From: Zygophlyctis sp. KS116
Lineage: Eukaryota; Fungi; Chytridiomycota
Length of the DNA: 32,000 bases
Assembly: GCA_054661495.1 (NCBI GenBank)
Contig: BAAFSQ010000031.1
Location: 27,729-59,728 of the forward strand
Direction of reading: 5' to 3'
The notes below the pieces were generated by a model. That model made no database searches. It had not been told where the DNA came from and saw only the letters and a list, made by a program, of their open reading frames with translations. Both the position numbers and the translations under genes were made by a program. Shown here piece by piece: positions 22,901 through 32,000 of this stretch. The first letter of the stretch is position 1; the number at the start of each line of letters is the position of its first letter.

Positions 22901-24080
22901 ATGGTAAATCGCAATTCACTTATATTAGTCTGCAAGACCAGTTGTTTCTGTCTATTCCCAATCGGGTGATTCTGTTGTTGGTACAGTATCTCTTCCTTCA
23001 GTCTTCAAGGCTCCTATTAGATCTGATATTGTGCAATTTGTTCACACAAACATGAACAAGAATAAGCGTCAGGCCTACGCTGTCTCTGTCAAGGCCGGTC
23101 ATCAAACTTCTGCTCAATCTTGGGGTACTGGTCGTGCTGTGGCTCGTATTCCTAGAGTCTCTGGAGGTGGTACCCATCGTGCTGGACAAGCTGCTTTTGG
23201 TAATATGTGTCGAGGAGGAAGAATGTTTGCTCCAACTAAAGTATGGAGAAAATGGCATGTTAAAACTAACCAAAACCAAAAGAGATATGCTACAGCATCT
23301 GCTGTTGCTGCTTCTGCCCTTCCTGCTTTGGTTATGGCTCGTGGACACAAGATTGATTCAGTTTTGGAAATTCCATTGGTTATTGACTCTGGAGTTGAAA
23401 GTTTGAAAAAGACAAAGGCTGCTGTTGCAATCTTGAAGGCTATCAAGGCTTATGATGATGTTGAAAAAGTCATTAATAGCAAAAAATTAAGAGCAGGTGT
23501 TGGTAAACTCAGAAATAGAAGACACAAGCAAAGACGTGGACCTTTAGTCATTTATGGTCAAGATCAAGGACTAGTAAAAGCCTTTAGAAATATTCCTGGA
23601 GTTGAATTGGTAAGAAGTTGAATCACTTATAATAATTAGGCTTGTGTTGACTCTCTAAATCTGCTTCAATTGGCTCCTGGTGGTCATGTTGGAAGATTTG
23701 TTGTTTGGACAAAATCTGCATTTGAGAAATTAGATTCCATCTTTGGAACTGAAACAAAGGGATCTGATATTAAAAAGGATTATTCTCTTCCAATGTCGAT
23801 AATGACTAACCCAGATTTGGCTCGTTTGATCAACTCTGATGAAATTCAGTCTGTTGTTCGTCCAGCAGGTCAAGCTGTTGTCAAACGTCCATTCACTCAA
23901 AGAAAGAATCCCTTACGTAATATGGGTGTTTTGGTTCGTCTCAATCCATATGCTCAAACTCTTCGTAGAAATGAAATGTTGGCTCAAGAAGCTGCCCAAA
24001 AGAAAAAGGCTAGAGCTGCTGCTGTTAAAGCAAAGAGAGTGGATAACAAGGAGTTCAAAAAGACTCTTTTGGCAGAATAG
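22901..24080 (+). CDS. RPL4: 60S ribosomal protein L4 (uL4)
   Basis: ATG then intron 22904-22928, giving MSARPVVSV. Motifs [32 protein letters not shown] and [19 protein letters not shown]. Second intron 23610-23639. Confidence 0.97.
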
Positions 24081-24249
24081 ATTGGAATTATAGGGAAAGA
24101 ATAAAATTTCTAAAAGTTGAAACTTTTTGTCTGTTTTTCTGCATTGTCAAATAAGTCGGTTCTGTTCAAGGAATTTAAGCTGGGCCGTTTGCTAGTGATA
24201 AATATTGTTGGGGAGTGTCTATGGGAGACAGAGGGTAAGTGGATAGAGT

Positions 24250-24290
24250 AAAAAGTAAAAATTCAAGACACAAAAAAAGTAAAAATTCAA
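24250..24290 (+). repeat. Direct repeat AAAAAGTAAAAATTCAA x2
   Basis: Identical 17-mers at 24250-24266 and 24274-24290, immediately followed by TATAAA (24293-24298). Confidence 0.7.
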
Positions 24291-24325
24291 AATATAAATG
24301 ATTTATTAAAAATGTTTGATACTTT

Positions 24326-24506
24326 GTGGCACCTCTACGTCTTATGAATTACATCAGTAGAAGTTTCCTAAAGACCAATTTCTCTTGAAAACACTTAGCA
24401 ATCTCATGCAAGGATGCAGGCGATTGTGGCAAGCGCTTTCTTTGCTTTTTTGATGCAGAGAAAGGGTTATTTTCTCCATTTATAGTTAGGGCTTAAGCTG
24501 CGCCAC
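24326..24506 (+). ncRNA. Candidate structured RNA (unassigned) or structured 5' leader
   Basis: Terminal GTGGC/GCCAC pairing encloses three hairpins (24334-24361, 24398-24427, 24436-24464). G-U pairs favour the + strand. It lies about 30 nt downstream of a TATA box in the only large spacer. Confidence 0.35.
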
Positions 24507-24653
24507 TTGTCCGAATGTCCCACCCAGTGTATTAATGGCAGATATATAGATTAAATTGTAAAATATATCTCTTAATTCCTTATATGAGTATATATAGTAT
24601 ATGAATTATCGTATGATTAGAATTAAAACTGAAAAACAGTCAAAACTTGATGA

Positions 24654-26084
24654 ATGAATTTTGTGATTAGTCAGCCTCATTGTTCGCCAATGACAAATTA
24701 TTCGAATCAAGTTGACAATACAAGCGCTTCTAAGAGCTATTGGACTTCCATGCGGAATAAAATAACAAAGTCTTTTGGTTATGCAAAGCTAGAGGATGAA
24801 ACAATCTCAACCGCCAATGATGTTTTCATTGAGTTGTCACCCACATGTCCGAAAGCTGCGATCAATAATAATGTCGCTAATTCTGATGAGACATTAGGAG
24901 TCGATGTTAAAAAGCAGATCTTATCAGATGAATCTAATGGTGAAATCTTAAAAACCTCACAGGATCTTGTCTGGCATCAAAAACATAAAGGGCTTATATT
25001 CATGGTTCTAGCTACATTAATGGGCTGTTTTCTAAATATATCAGTCAAGGCTATAAGTAAATCTGAAGAAAAATTACCAGTTCTAGAGCTTGTCATAATA
25101 AGAGGAATACTTGGATCATTGATTACACTATCAATAATGTACTTTCAAAAAGTCGATAGTTGGATGGGCCCTGCAGATGCAATCCAGTTATTACTCTTGA
25201 GAGGATTATTCGCATTCTTGGGACTTTCATTTAATTTATTTGCCTTATTTTCCCTTTCTGTTGGCGATGCTACAATATTAAGTTTTTCAGCTCCTGTACT
25301 AACGGGATTCCTAGGCTCAATAATATTGAAAGAGAAATGGGAAAGAGTAGATCAAATTGCCGGATTTTTCTCAATTATAGGAGTAATATTCATTGCTCGA
25401 CCTCCCATTCTTTTTGGACCAGTGAGCCATCAAGATGGTGCTATTGATGATTCTATCATGCTTCCAGATGCCAGATCAATCCCAGCGATTATTTTTGAGT
25501 CTGAAAATAGTGATAATTCTTTAAATTCAACATATCTAAATAACAATACGCTTCCTATTGGATACACAAATCAAACTTTAAACCAAACGATATCAACCAA
25601 CGTATCAAATGATTCAATCGGCTCAGATTTGATAAGACTATTTGGAATCGTAATGGGACTATCAGCAGCTCTGTGTGCAGCGTTTGCCTTTATTGTGATT
25701 CGTAAATTGAAAGGAAAAACAGATCCATTGCATGTTATATTCTACTTTCATTGGGTCTTAGTACCGCTATCATTATTTTTTGGACCATTTATGCCTTCAT
25801 GGATTGATTCATCGCCTTGGATCATCCCAAAACTCGCATCAACTTGGGCATTGGTTCTTACTGCTACCATTCTAGGAACTTTGGGTCAAATATTCTTGAC
25901 AAAGGCATTACAAACTGAAACTGCAGGAAAAGCAGCATCAATGAATTATATCCAAGTTATCTTTGCATTTACTTTAGAATGGCTATTTTGGGGAGCGGTT
26001 CCTAGTGCATTATCATTATTTGGTGCAGCACTTATAATGGGATCGTTGATATGTGCAACAATTTATAAAAATACAATTCATTAG
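24654..26084 (+). CDS. DMT/EamA superfamily transporter (SLC35G-like)
   Basis: About 10 hydrophobic segments in two EamA repeats; LLLRGLF, LSVGDATILSFSAPVLT, GVIFIARPPILFG and KALQTETAGKAASMNYIQVIFA; Asn-rich insert between the repeats. Intronless. Confidence 0.88.
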   Translation: MNFVISQPHCSPMTNYSNQVDNTSASKSYWTSMRNKITKSFGYAKLEDETISTANDVFIELSPTCPKAAINNNVANSDETLGVDVKKQILSDESNGEILKTSQDLVWHQKHKGLIFMVLATLMGCFLNISVKAISKSEEKLPVLELVIIRGILGSLITLSIMYFQKVDSWMGPADAIQLLLLRGLFAFLGLSFNLFALFSLSVGDATILSFSAPVLTGFLGSIILKEKWERVDQIAGFFSIIGVIFIARPPILFGPVSHQDGAIDDSIMLPDARSIPAIIFESENSDNSLNSTYLNNNTLPIGYTNQTLNQTISTNVSNDSIGSDLIRLFGIVMGLSAALCAAFAFIVIRKLKGKTDPLHVIFYFHWVLVPLSLFFGPFMPSWIDSSPWIIPKLASTWALVLTATILGTLGQIFLTKALQTETAGKAASMNYIQVIFAFTLEWLFWGAVPSALSLFGAALIMGSLICATIYKNTIH

Positions 26085-26093
26085 CATATTAAA

Positions 26094-26977
26094 ATGTTTT
26101 CGCATGCCCTTCCGTTACATTGGAAATCATTAGCAGAGTCTTGGCTTGTTGAGGATTCTCCTTCCCTGGATATTGGAGGATATGTTGTCGGAGACTCTCC
26201 AGTGACTGCAATGCTATACATGAAAAGTTCTGGAGTTTTGGCTGGAGTTCCATTCTTTAATGCCGTTTTTCAAGTCTTGGGATGCACCGTAGAATGGTTT
26301 AAGCAGGAAGGGGAATTTCTAACAGTAGCAGATCGTATTGTAATTGCTAAAGTTACAGGCCCGGCAAAGAATGTGCTGTTGGGGGAACGATCAGCACTTA
26401 ATGCAATAGCAAGGGCGTCAGGAATAGCGTCAAGAGCAGCCAAACTGACCAAAATTAAGCAAGACTGTTCATGGAATGGAATTATAGCTGGTACTAGAAA
26501 AACTACTCCAGGATTTAGAGTTGTGGAAAAATATGCATTGGTTGTTGGAGGAGTGGACACGCATCGATATGATTTATCATCAATGGTGATGTTAAAAGAT
26601 AATCATATATGGGCTTCTGGTTCAATTCAGGGTGCAATTAAAAAAGCAAAAGAAATTGCTGGATTTTCATTAAAGATTGAAGTAGAATGCTCTTCTTATG
26701 AAGAGGCAGCAGAGGCGATCTTGGGTGGGGCAGATATTGTAATGTTGGATAATTTTGGGCCAAAAGAATTGGCAGAATGTGCAAAGAAACTCAAGTCTGA
26801 TTTTACTAAACCATTTTTAATAGAGGGGAGTGGTGGATTGACGTTGGATAATGCTAAAGATTACTTTTCCGAATGTAATTCTTGAAAATTAAAATACTAG
26901 ATGTAGATATTCTAAGTTTTGGTTCTTTGACTCAAGGAGTTCCTCATGTTGATTTTTCATTGAAAATTCAGGTTTAA
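26094..26977 (+). CDS. BNA6: Nicotinate-nucleotide pyrophosphorylase (quinolinate phosphoribosyltransferase)
   Basis: LLGERSALN..RASGIA, GTRKTTPGFR, HRYDLSSMVMLKDNH, KIEVEC, DIVMLDN and IEGSGG. Intron 26875-26900, last exon VDILSFGSLTQGVPHVDFSLKI. Confidence 0.95.
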
Positions 26978-26998
26978 CCAATAAAATATACGGTTTTA

Positions 26999-28499
26999 TT
27001 ATAAGACAGAGCCAAAAACTTTATTGTATCTGGCTATGCTTGGCCCATATTCTTCATATTGGGCTTTTGTATGGCAATAAGTGTGGAAATCAGGCTAAAG
27101 TTTAAAAATATTAAACCTACCAAATCAGCCAGCAGACTACCTCCAAACCATACAGCATATCGTTGTTTTTTGTGGGTTAAGACGTTTACATCTACATTTC
27201 TAGCCTTGATTTGATCTTCACTTTTAAGGCCAGCTTGAGATATAGATTCATACATTTTTAATCGTGAATCAACCAATTTCTTTATATCTCTTTGTAACCG
27301 CTTTCCAAAGTCTTTATACATGGTAGATCCTCCAGATAATACAATATTCTAAAGTTTAAGTCTAAAAATAACCTTGTATAATCCTCTTCTAGTATCAATA
27401 GGACAACTTTGAATCACATCATCCACAACTTCAGGTAAAGGCGTCAAGAAATCCGAGCTTGCAATTTCAGGATTAAAGAAAATCTCTGGTCCCAAAAATC
27501 GTTCAAAACCAACATCAACAGTATAAGGCTAAAAGTTTAAAATTAACTTGTAAACCTTTTGAGTTATGCTATGTATAAATTCAGCCCTCTTGAACCATTT
27601 ATCTCCTTCAGTTTCATACTTTTTAAATTCTTTAACAATGTCAGGACAAACATACGAGTACATCTCTTTGATTCTCTTTGCTACTTCCAAAGATTCTTCA
27701 GGAGGAATAGAATTCTCTCTTTCACGTAATAATTGTTGAACAAAATGAGTAATATCTCTGCCAGCAATAGGAATATGTTTAATAGATGATCCAATTACAT
27801 ATCCTTCAGCCTATATTATAATTATGTAAATTTAGTACCACAGGTATAACATGGGTCACTCCATCCCCAGAATCAATCACAGTCCCTGTTAACGTATGTT
27901 CAGCTTTATTACTTGTCCAACTCGCAGCCAAAGCTAAAACAGCCTGTACTGCAATATAAAGCCCCTTGACACCAAAAGACTCAAAAAATATTTCAGCAGT
28001 GTACTCTCTATTTTCTGGTGCATTCAATGGTGGTTCAGTCTAAACGTTAAAATTATCAAGAGTGTAAATCCTCGGTTATCTATAAGATCTATCATCCCAG
28101 AAACCAGAGAATATACTCATCCACACAGTAATATGAAGAGACTTACAAGTAAAAACGCGTGATCTTCAGGCTCACACCTCAGGTAATGAAAGATGCATGC
28201 CTGATGATACTTTTCCATCAAGTCCCACGACTCCACTTGACCATGTCGCATTGGATATCTAAGCGCATAAGTCCTAGCATTAGCCATAGCTTCATCGCCA
28301 ATAGTAAAATCCAAATCTTCAATTCCCCGCTTGGAAGCCAAATGCTGATTCTTTGCAGCTTCACGGGTTGCAATGGCTGTGGGAATAATAAAGGATGGAT
28401 CATTGTTTCCTGAATACCCTAATTTGGTATATCTAGTTATCAGTTGTATGTTATATACCCAGTGCCATTGTCAATAACAACCGCTGGCAACTTTGTCAT
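26999..28499 (-). CDS. ARP3: Actin-related protein 3 (Arp2/3 complex)
   Basis: [56 protein letters not shown] and [10 protein letters not shown]. Introns 28433-28458, 28040-28146 (107 nt), 27811-27838, 27529-27555, 27349-27372 and 27095-27120. Confidence 0.97.
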
Positions 28500-28700
28500 T
28501 TCTTAAACGCGAAAGGGAATTTAAAACGTTATTTAAGGCCTTTAAATTAAGTTAATTCCATTTAATATTGCAAAATTAAATGCATATAAAAATTCATGAT
28601 TTGGAATCTTGCTACTCACCGCCAATTATTATAGATTTATGGATTCGATTGTCGTAGAATCTTGGTAAAAAATAAAGAAGTAGAGAATTCATTATTAAGA

Positions 28701-30450
28701 TTAATCGCACATGGCTAATAGTCCTTGAAGCATGCTGACATTATGGCCAGACCCTTTGGCCTTTTCATGCAATAAACTGGCATTTTGAAAATCCCAATTG
28801 ATATTCTCCATAGGATATCCCATGGATGTCCCTATAGATGTAGAACGGGAAAATGTAAAGTCTGGATCAGAGTTACCAGTAATTCTTCTTAAAGATTCCT
28901 TTAAAAATGAATTCTCTTGCTCCAGAAATTGTACCCGATTAAGAAGAGTATTTAACAAATTTTTTGCGTCAGAGGCTTGACGAGAGAGATCCTGATGAGA
29001 AAATGTTTCAGCTGTATATACTGCTTCTGGAGGAGGAGAGACTTGGAAAGACTTATCCTGAGATAAAAGAGCTAGAGAAGGATCTTGCAAGAGATCTAGT
29101 GATTCTCGAAAGGTTACGTCCGTATTGTTAGAATTTAGAGATGAATTTGATGCCTGGGCAGGATTACCTTGGATATCAGACAAGGACTTGAAATCAGATT
29201 GATTAAACAGATTGGTAAACTTGGATTCTAATCCTGCATCTAGCATTATATCTTTTGCAGACATTGCTCTTTTAGTGCCCTGGAGTTCAGCAATTGTTTC
29301 TGAAGCAACATGATCTCCATCCAAAGACGCAGACTCTGATCTTGAACGAGGCTTGAAAGGAAGTGGGCATAATGCCGGCAAATCAAGAGGAGATTTGACT
29401 GGTTTGACTCTTTTAACTTCAGTTTCTTTTAGTCCTTTTGTTGAATAAATGGCTGTTAAGTTGGTAAAATGATTAAGTCGTTCCAATGCTCTTTTGGAAG
29501 CCTCTGCCGTCGTAAAATGTGCTAAACAACTAGAAGGATAGAAATGAGTTGCATTCACAAACCCATCAAATGTTTGAAAGATACCCAGTAATTCAGAATG
29601 TGTCATATTACTCGGAAAATCAGAAATCTTTAGTATAGAATTTACAGATCCAATTTGAGATGGTGCAACAGAGTGATGAATAAAGTCTACTTTTGCAAAA
29701 CTTGCCTTCATTTTAGTTTTTGCCATTATCTGTTCCATCGCCAAAGATGCATTTCGAATGTCATCAAAACAGACAAAACTGTAGTCATTATAAAAGGCAA
29801 CACGATCAAATCCTGGCAAACCAATCAACATTTTAAGAAAAATACCCCTATCTCTATCCAAATTTGTTACATGGATAGTTTTCTTTGGAGCTGGAGAAGA
29901 TAAAGAGCTTCGATGGCACGAATCTGGATTTGAAATTGATTCTAAACCATTATCTGCCGCCAATTTAATCTTTGAGAAGCTAACAGAGAGGTTAGTCTTT
30001 GAGCAAAGTTCTTCCATGCATTGAGTTGCAGTATCAATGCAAATAAATTTGGCTAATGCATACGTAGAATAGAATTTACAGCCTTCAAATCCTTTAAATT
30101 CTTTGAGCAAGTCCTGCCAGTTAGTTTCAGACAATGCGGGAGAGAGCCCAATGAACAGTATCTGATTTGGTGGAGTAGAATTGAGTGCGTTGATTGGAGG
30201 AGTGAGTCCATGTTTTGCAAAGGAAGCAACCATGGCTGTCTGTAAAATTAAGCAATGTATTAAATACCTTTTTTTGTACATAATCGATAGCATGCGTCGC
30301 CAGAGACACCTGGTCAAAGCAAACAAAACAAAAGTCTTGGTGGAAAGAAATTCGTTTAAATCCTGGAAGTGAACTAAATATTGTCCAGAGTTTATGACGG
30401 TCTTCAATAACATTTGTGATATGAATAGTGGTTTTGGGATTTCTGGACAT
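28701..30450 (-). CDS. Multi-RRM RNA-binding protein (Whi3/Scw1/RBPMS-like RRMs) with C-terminal coiled coil
   Basis: Intron 30240-30267 joins ORF 30127..30450 to ORF 28701..30413. There are four RRM-like units (e.g. TIHITN..LPGFKRISF..FCFVCFD..ATHA; TIHVTN..LPGFDRVAF..YSFVCFD..ASLA) and a heptad LLNRVQFLEQENSFLKESL. Confidence 0.8.
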
Positions 30451-30626
30451 TGCAGCTTAAACGATCAAAGATCAAAAAATATCGGACACTTTCCCGCTCT
30501 TCAGTCCAAATGGATAATGATTTTTGCTTCTTTTAACTCAAAATTTTAAGATTATAGGATTAACCGGCTGTTTAAGAAGTAATAGTCAGAGATCATCGAG
30601 ATTAATCATAAAACTCTAAAATATAT

Positions 30627-32000
30627 TCAACTGGAAACTTCTTTTCCTGAAAGCCATTCCAGGAATTGAAGGTGATCAATAGTATTGGCTCTAGATCTTA
30701 AAACTTGTTGATCTTTAAGCATCACCAATGTTTCTGCTAAATTCAGGCTACGTCCTAATTCTGCTTCTGACTGAAATAATATTCTAGAGTAGGGTAATAA
30801 TTCATCATGGATAATTGTGAGACAATGTATCCAATGAATTAAAGATGCAGTGAGATTTTTGCATTCAGCTACAATATTACTGCTTTCATTTGTCAGCTTT
30901 ATGTTTTTGCATAAATCAATAAGCAATTGAGGTTCAAGCGAACATGCCTTTTTAAGCATTATGTGCAAGCCTTCAGTAAAAGACTGAAAACATGTATATC
31001 GATGATTTTTGTCTTTTACAATATTTGAAAGCATTGTCATACTGCTTAATGATTTCCATTCCACACCTTCCCCGTAAAAATCTGAATAATTGAATTCATA
31101 TCTTGTGTTGTTGTTCGTGAAAACTAAATGTCTTATAGTTTGGTCAATGGCAGATATATACTTTTGTGATATTTTTAACGGAAGAGGAGGTAACACAATC
31201 TCTATTGATTAGTTCCAAGGATAAGAATTACCAGTTTCATTTTCATTTTTGAGTAAATCTAAATCAAGGTTGGAAGCTAAAGACACGGCGTTTTTTTCAA
31301 ATTGAAGTGATCCCATATCTTCGTCGATCTCATTCAGAAGCTCACCTGTAGAGACTCTGTCAAACATTTTTACTGGAGCTATTTCTGGAGGGGCTTGAGG
31401 CGGAAGGTAACGGTCCAGATATTGAGGAGGCATGGTTGAATTGATTTGGGATTTACGTTCTGTAATTGGGATTCTAGAGTACATTGATGGCAACTTAAAA
31501 TTCTTAGCGTTTTGTGGTGTGTTTTTAATTGATACGCTAGTGCGTGAATTAAACGGAAGAGATTGACCAAGTGAACTAGCTGGAACCATTGATTGAAATG
31601 CTGATCTAGGAATAGGAACCATACGTTTCTTAGACTTTGATTTTGTGACCAAATCAGCATTAGAATTTGAATCCATAGAGCTGCTTTTCGATTCTGAGTT
31701 CAAGAAAGAGGAGTTAGAATGGTCGATTGAATCAGCCAAACGTTCCCTTTCTGTTAGACTATTAGTCTGAGAGTGTTCATCAATATAATCTCTATCTGCG
31801 TCCTGGAATTTATCAGTGATTTCATCATTTATAACTGGAATACTTTTAAAAGAAGATTCTGCTTTGATTAATTCATCCACGGCTTCAATTTTACTATTAA
31901 TTCTTTCCCTCGGGCTATCAACTATTGAAACAACCTGTTTGCTGATATTATCCTTACTGTTAGATATAGTAGTATCCTTGTTAGCCACGGCTTCAATTTT
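30627..32000 (-). CDS. Uncharacterised protein, 3' part (5' end beyond window)
   Basis: The ORF is open to the window edge. Intron 31202-31231 (30 nt) joins a Ser/Asn-rich disordered exon to a helical C-terminal domain. No family recognised. Confidence 0.7.

Noticed and set aside
24231-24244. ACTTACC on the minus strand as the U1 snRNA 5' end
   Set aside because: There are no U1 stem-loop I/II motifs (GAUCA, UUGCAC) and no Sm site downstream.
24326-24506. Firm assignment as RNase MRP/P or telomerase RNA
   Set aside because: ATAGTTA and GGGCTTA are adjacent, leaving no room for P2/P19. AGARA and UGNNA occur in the wrong order. The CCCTAAC template-like 7-mer is on the strand disfavoured by G-U pairing and is too short.
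28531-28547. Imperfect palindrome ATTTAAGGCCTTTAAAT upstream of ARP3
   Set aside because: Short and AT-rich, so expected by chance at this base composition.
878-31231. Minor (U12/AT-AC) or other non-canonical introns
   Set aside because: All placed introns are GT-AG and none has the RTATCCTT donor.
2172-31660. Numerous short antisense or alternative-frame ORFs (e.g. 2172..2390, 5781..6014, 20841..21188, 22998..23348, 26270..26560, 29655..29903)
   Set aside because: They lie wholly over well-supported genes and have no recognisable motifs, so they are shadow ORFs.
401-31988. Fragmented ORFs read as pseudogenes, programmed frameshifts, stop readthrough or an alternative genetic code
   Set aside because: Every break is resolved by a short GT-AG intron that restores the frame and usually a conserved motif. 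TAA, TAG and TGA all act as terminal stops. No in-frame Sec-type TGA was found.

Overview
AT-rich, extremely gene-dense eukaryotic nuclear DNA. The gene content (fungal-type HEM13, RPL4, ARP3 and BNA6, plus methionine synthase reductase and a SANBR/KIAA1841 homolog) suggests an early-diverging, probably chytrid-like fungus; this taxonomy is inferred. I can model 18 protein-coding genes, one truncated by the window end, and 2 tRNA genes (Val-AAC, Gln-TTG). The ORF track is fragmented because genes are broken by ultra-short GT-AG introns: of 47 introns placed by hand, 45 are 23-32 nt. The two long outliers (87 nt in NOP2, 107 nt in ARP3) both fold into hairpins, and the NOP2 one looks like a single-hairpin box ACA guide RNA. 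Spacers are tiny: 2 nt between convergent stops, 20 nt between divergent ATGs and 9 nt between tandem CDSs. The one large spacer (24081-24653) holds a multi-hairpin candidate ncRNA or leader. Cullin-3 is flanked by two BTB proteins and a 2OG-Fe(II) hydroxylase, a possible CRL3 module. No mobile elements, CRISPR arrays or rRNA were seen. Gene names come from recognised motifs, not database searches.
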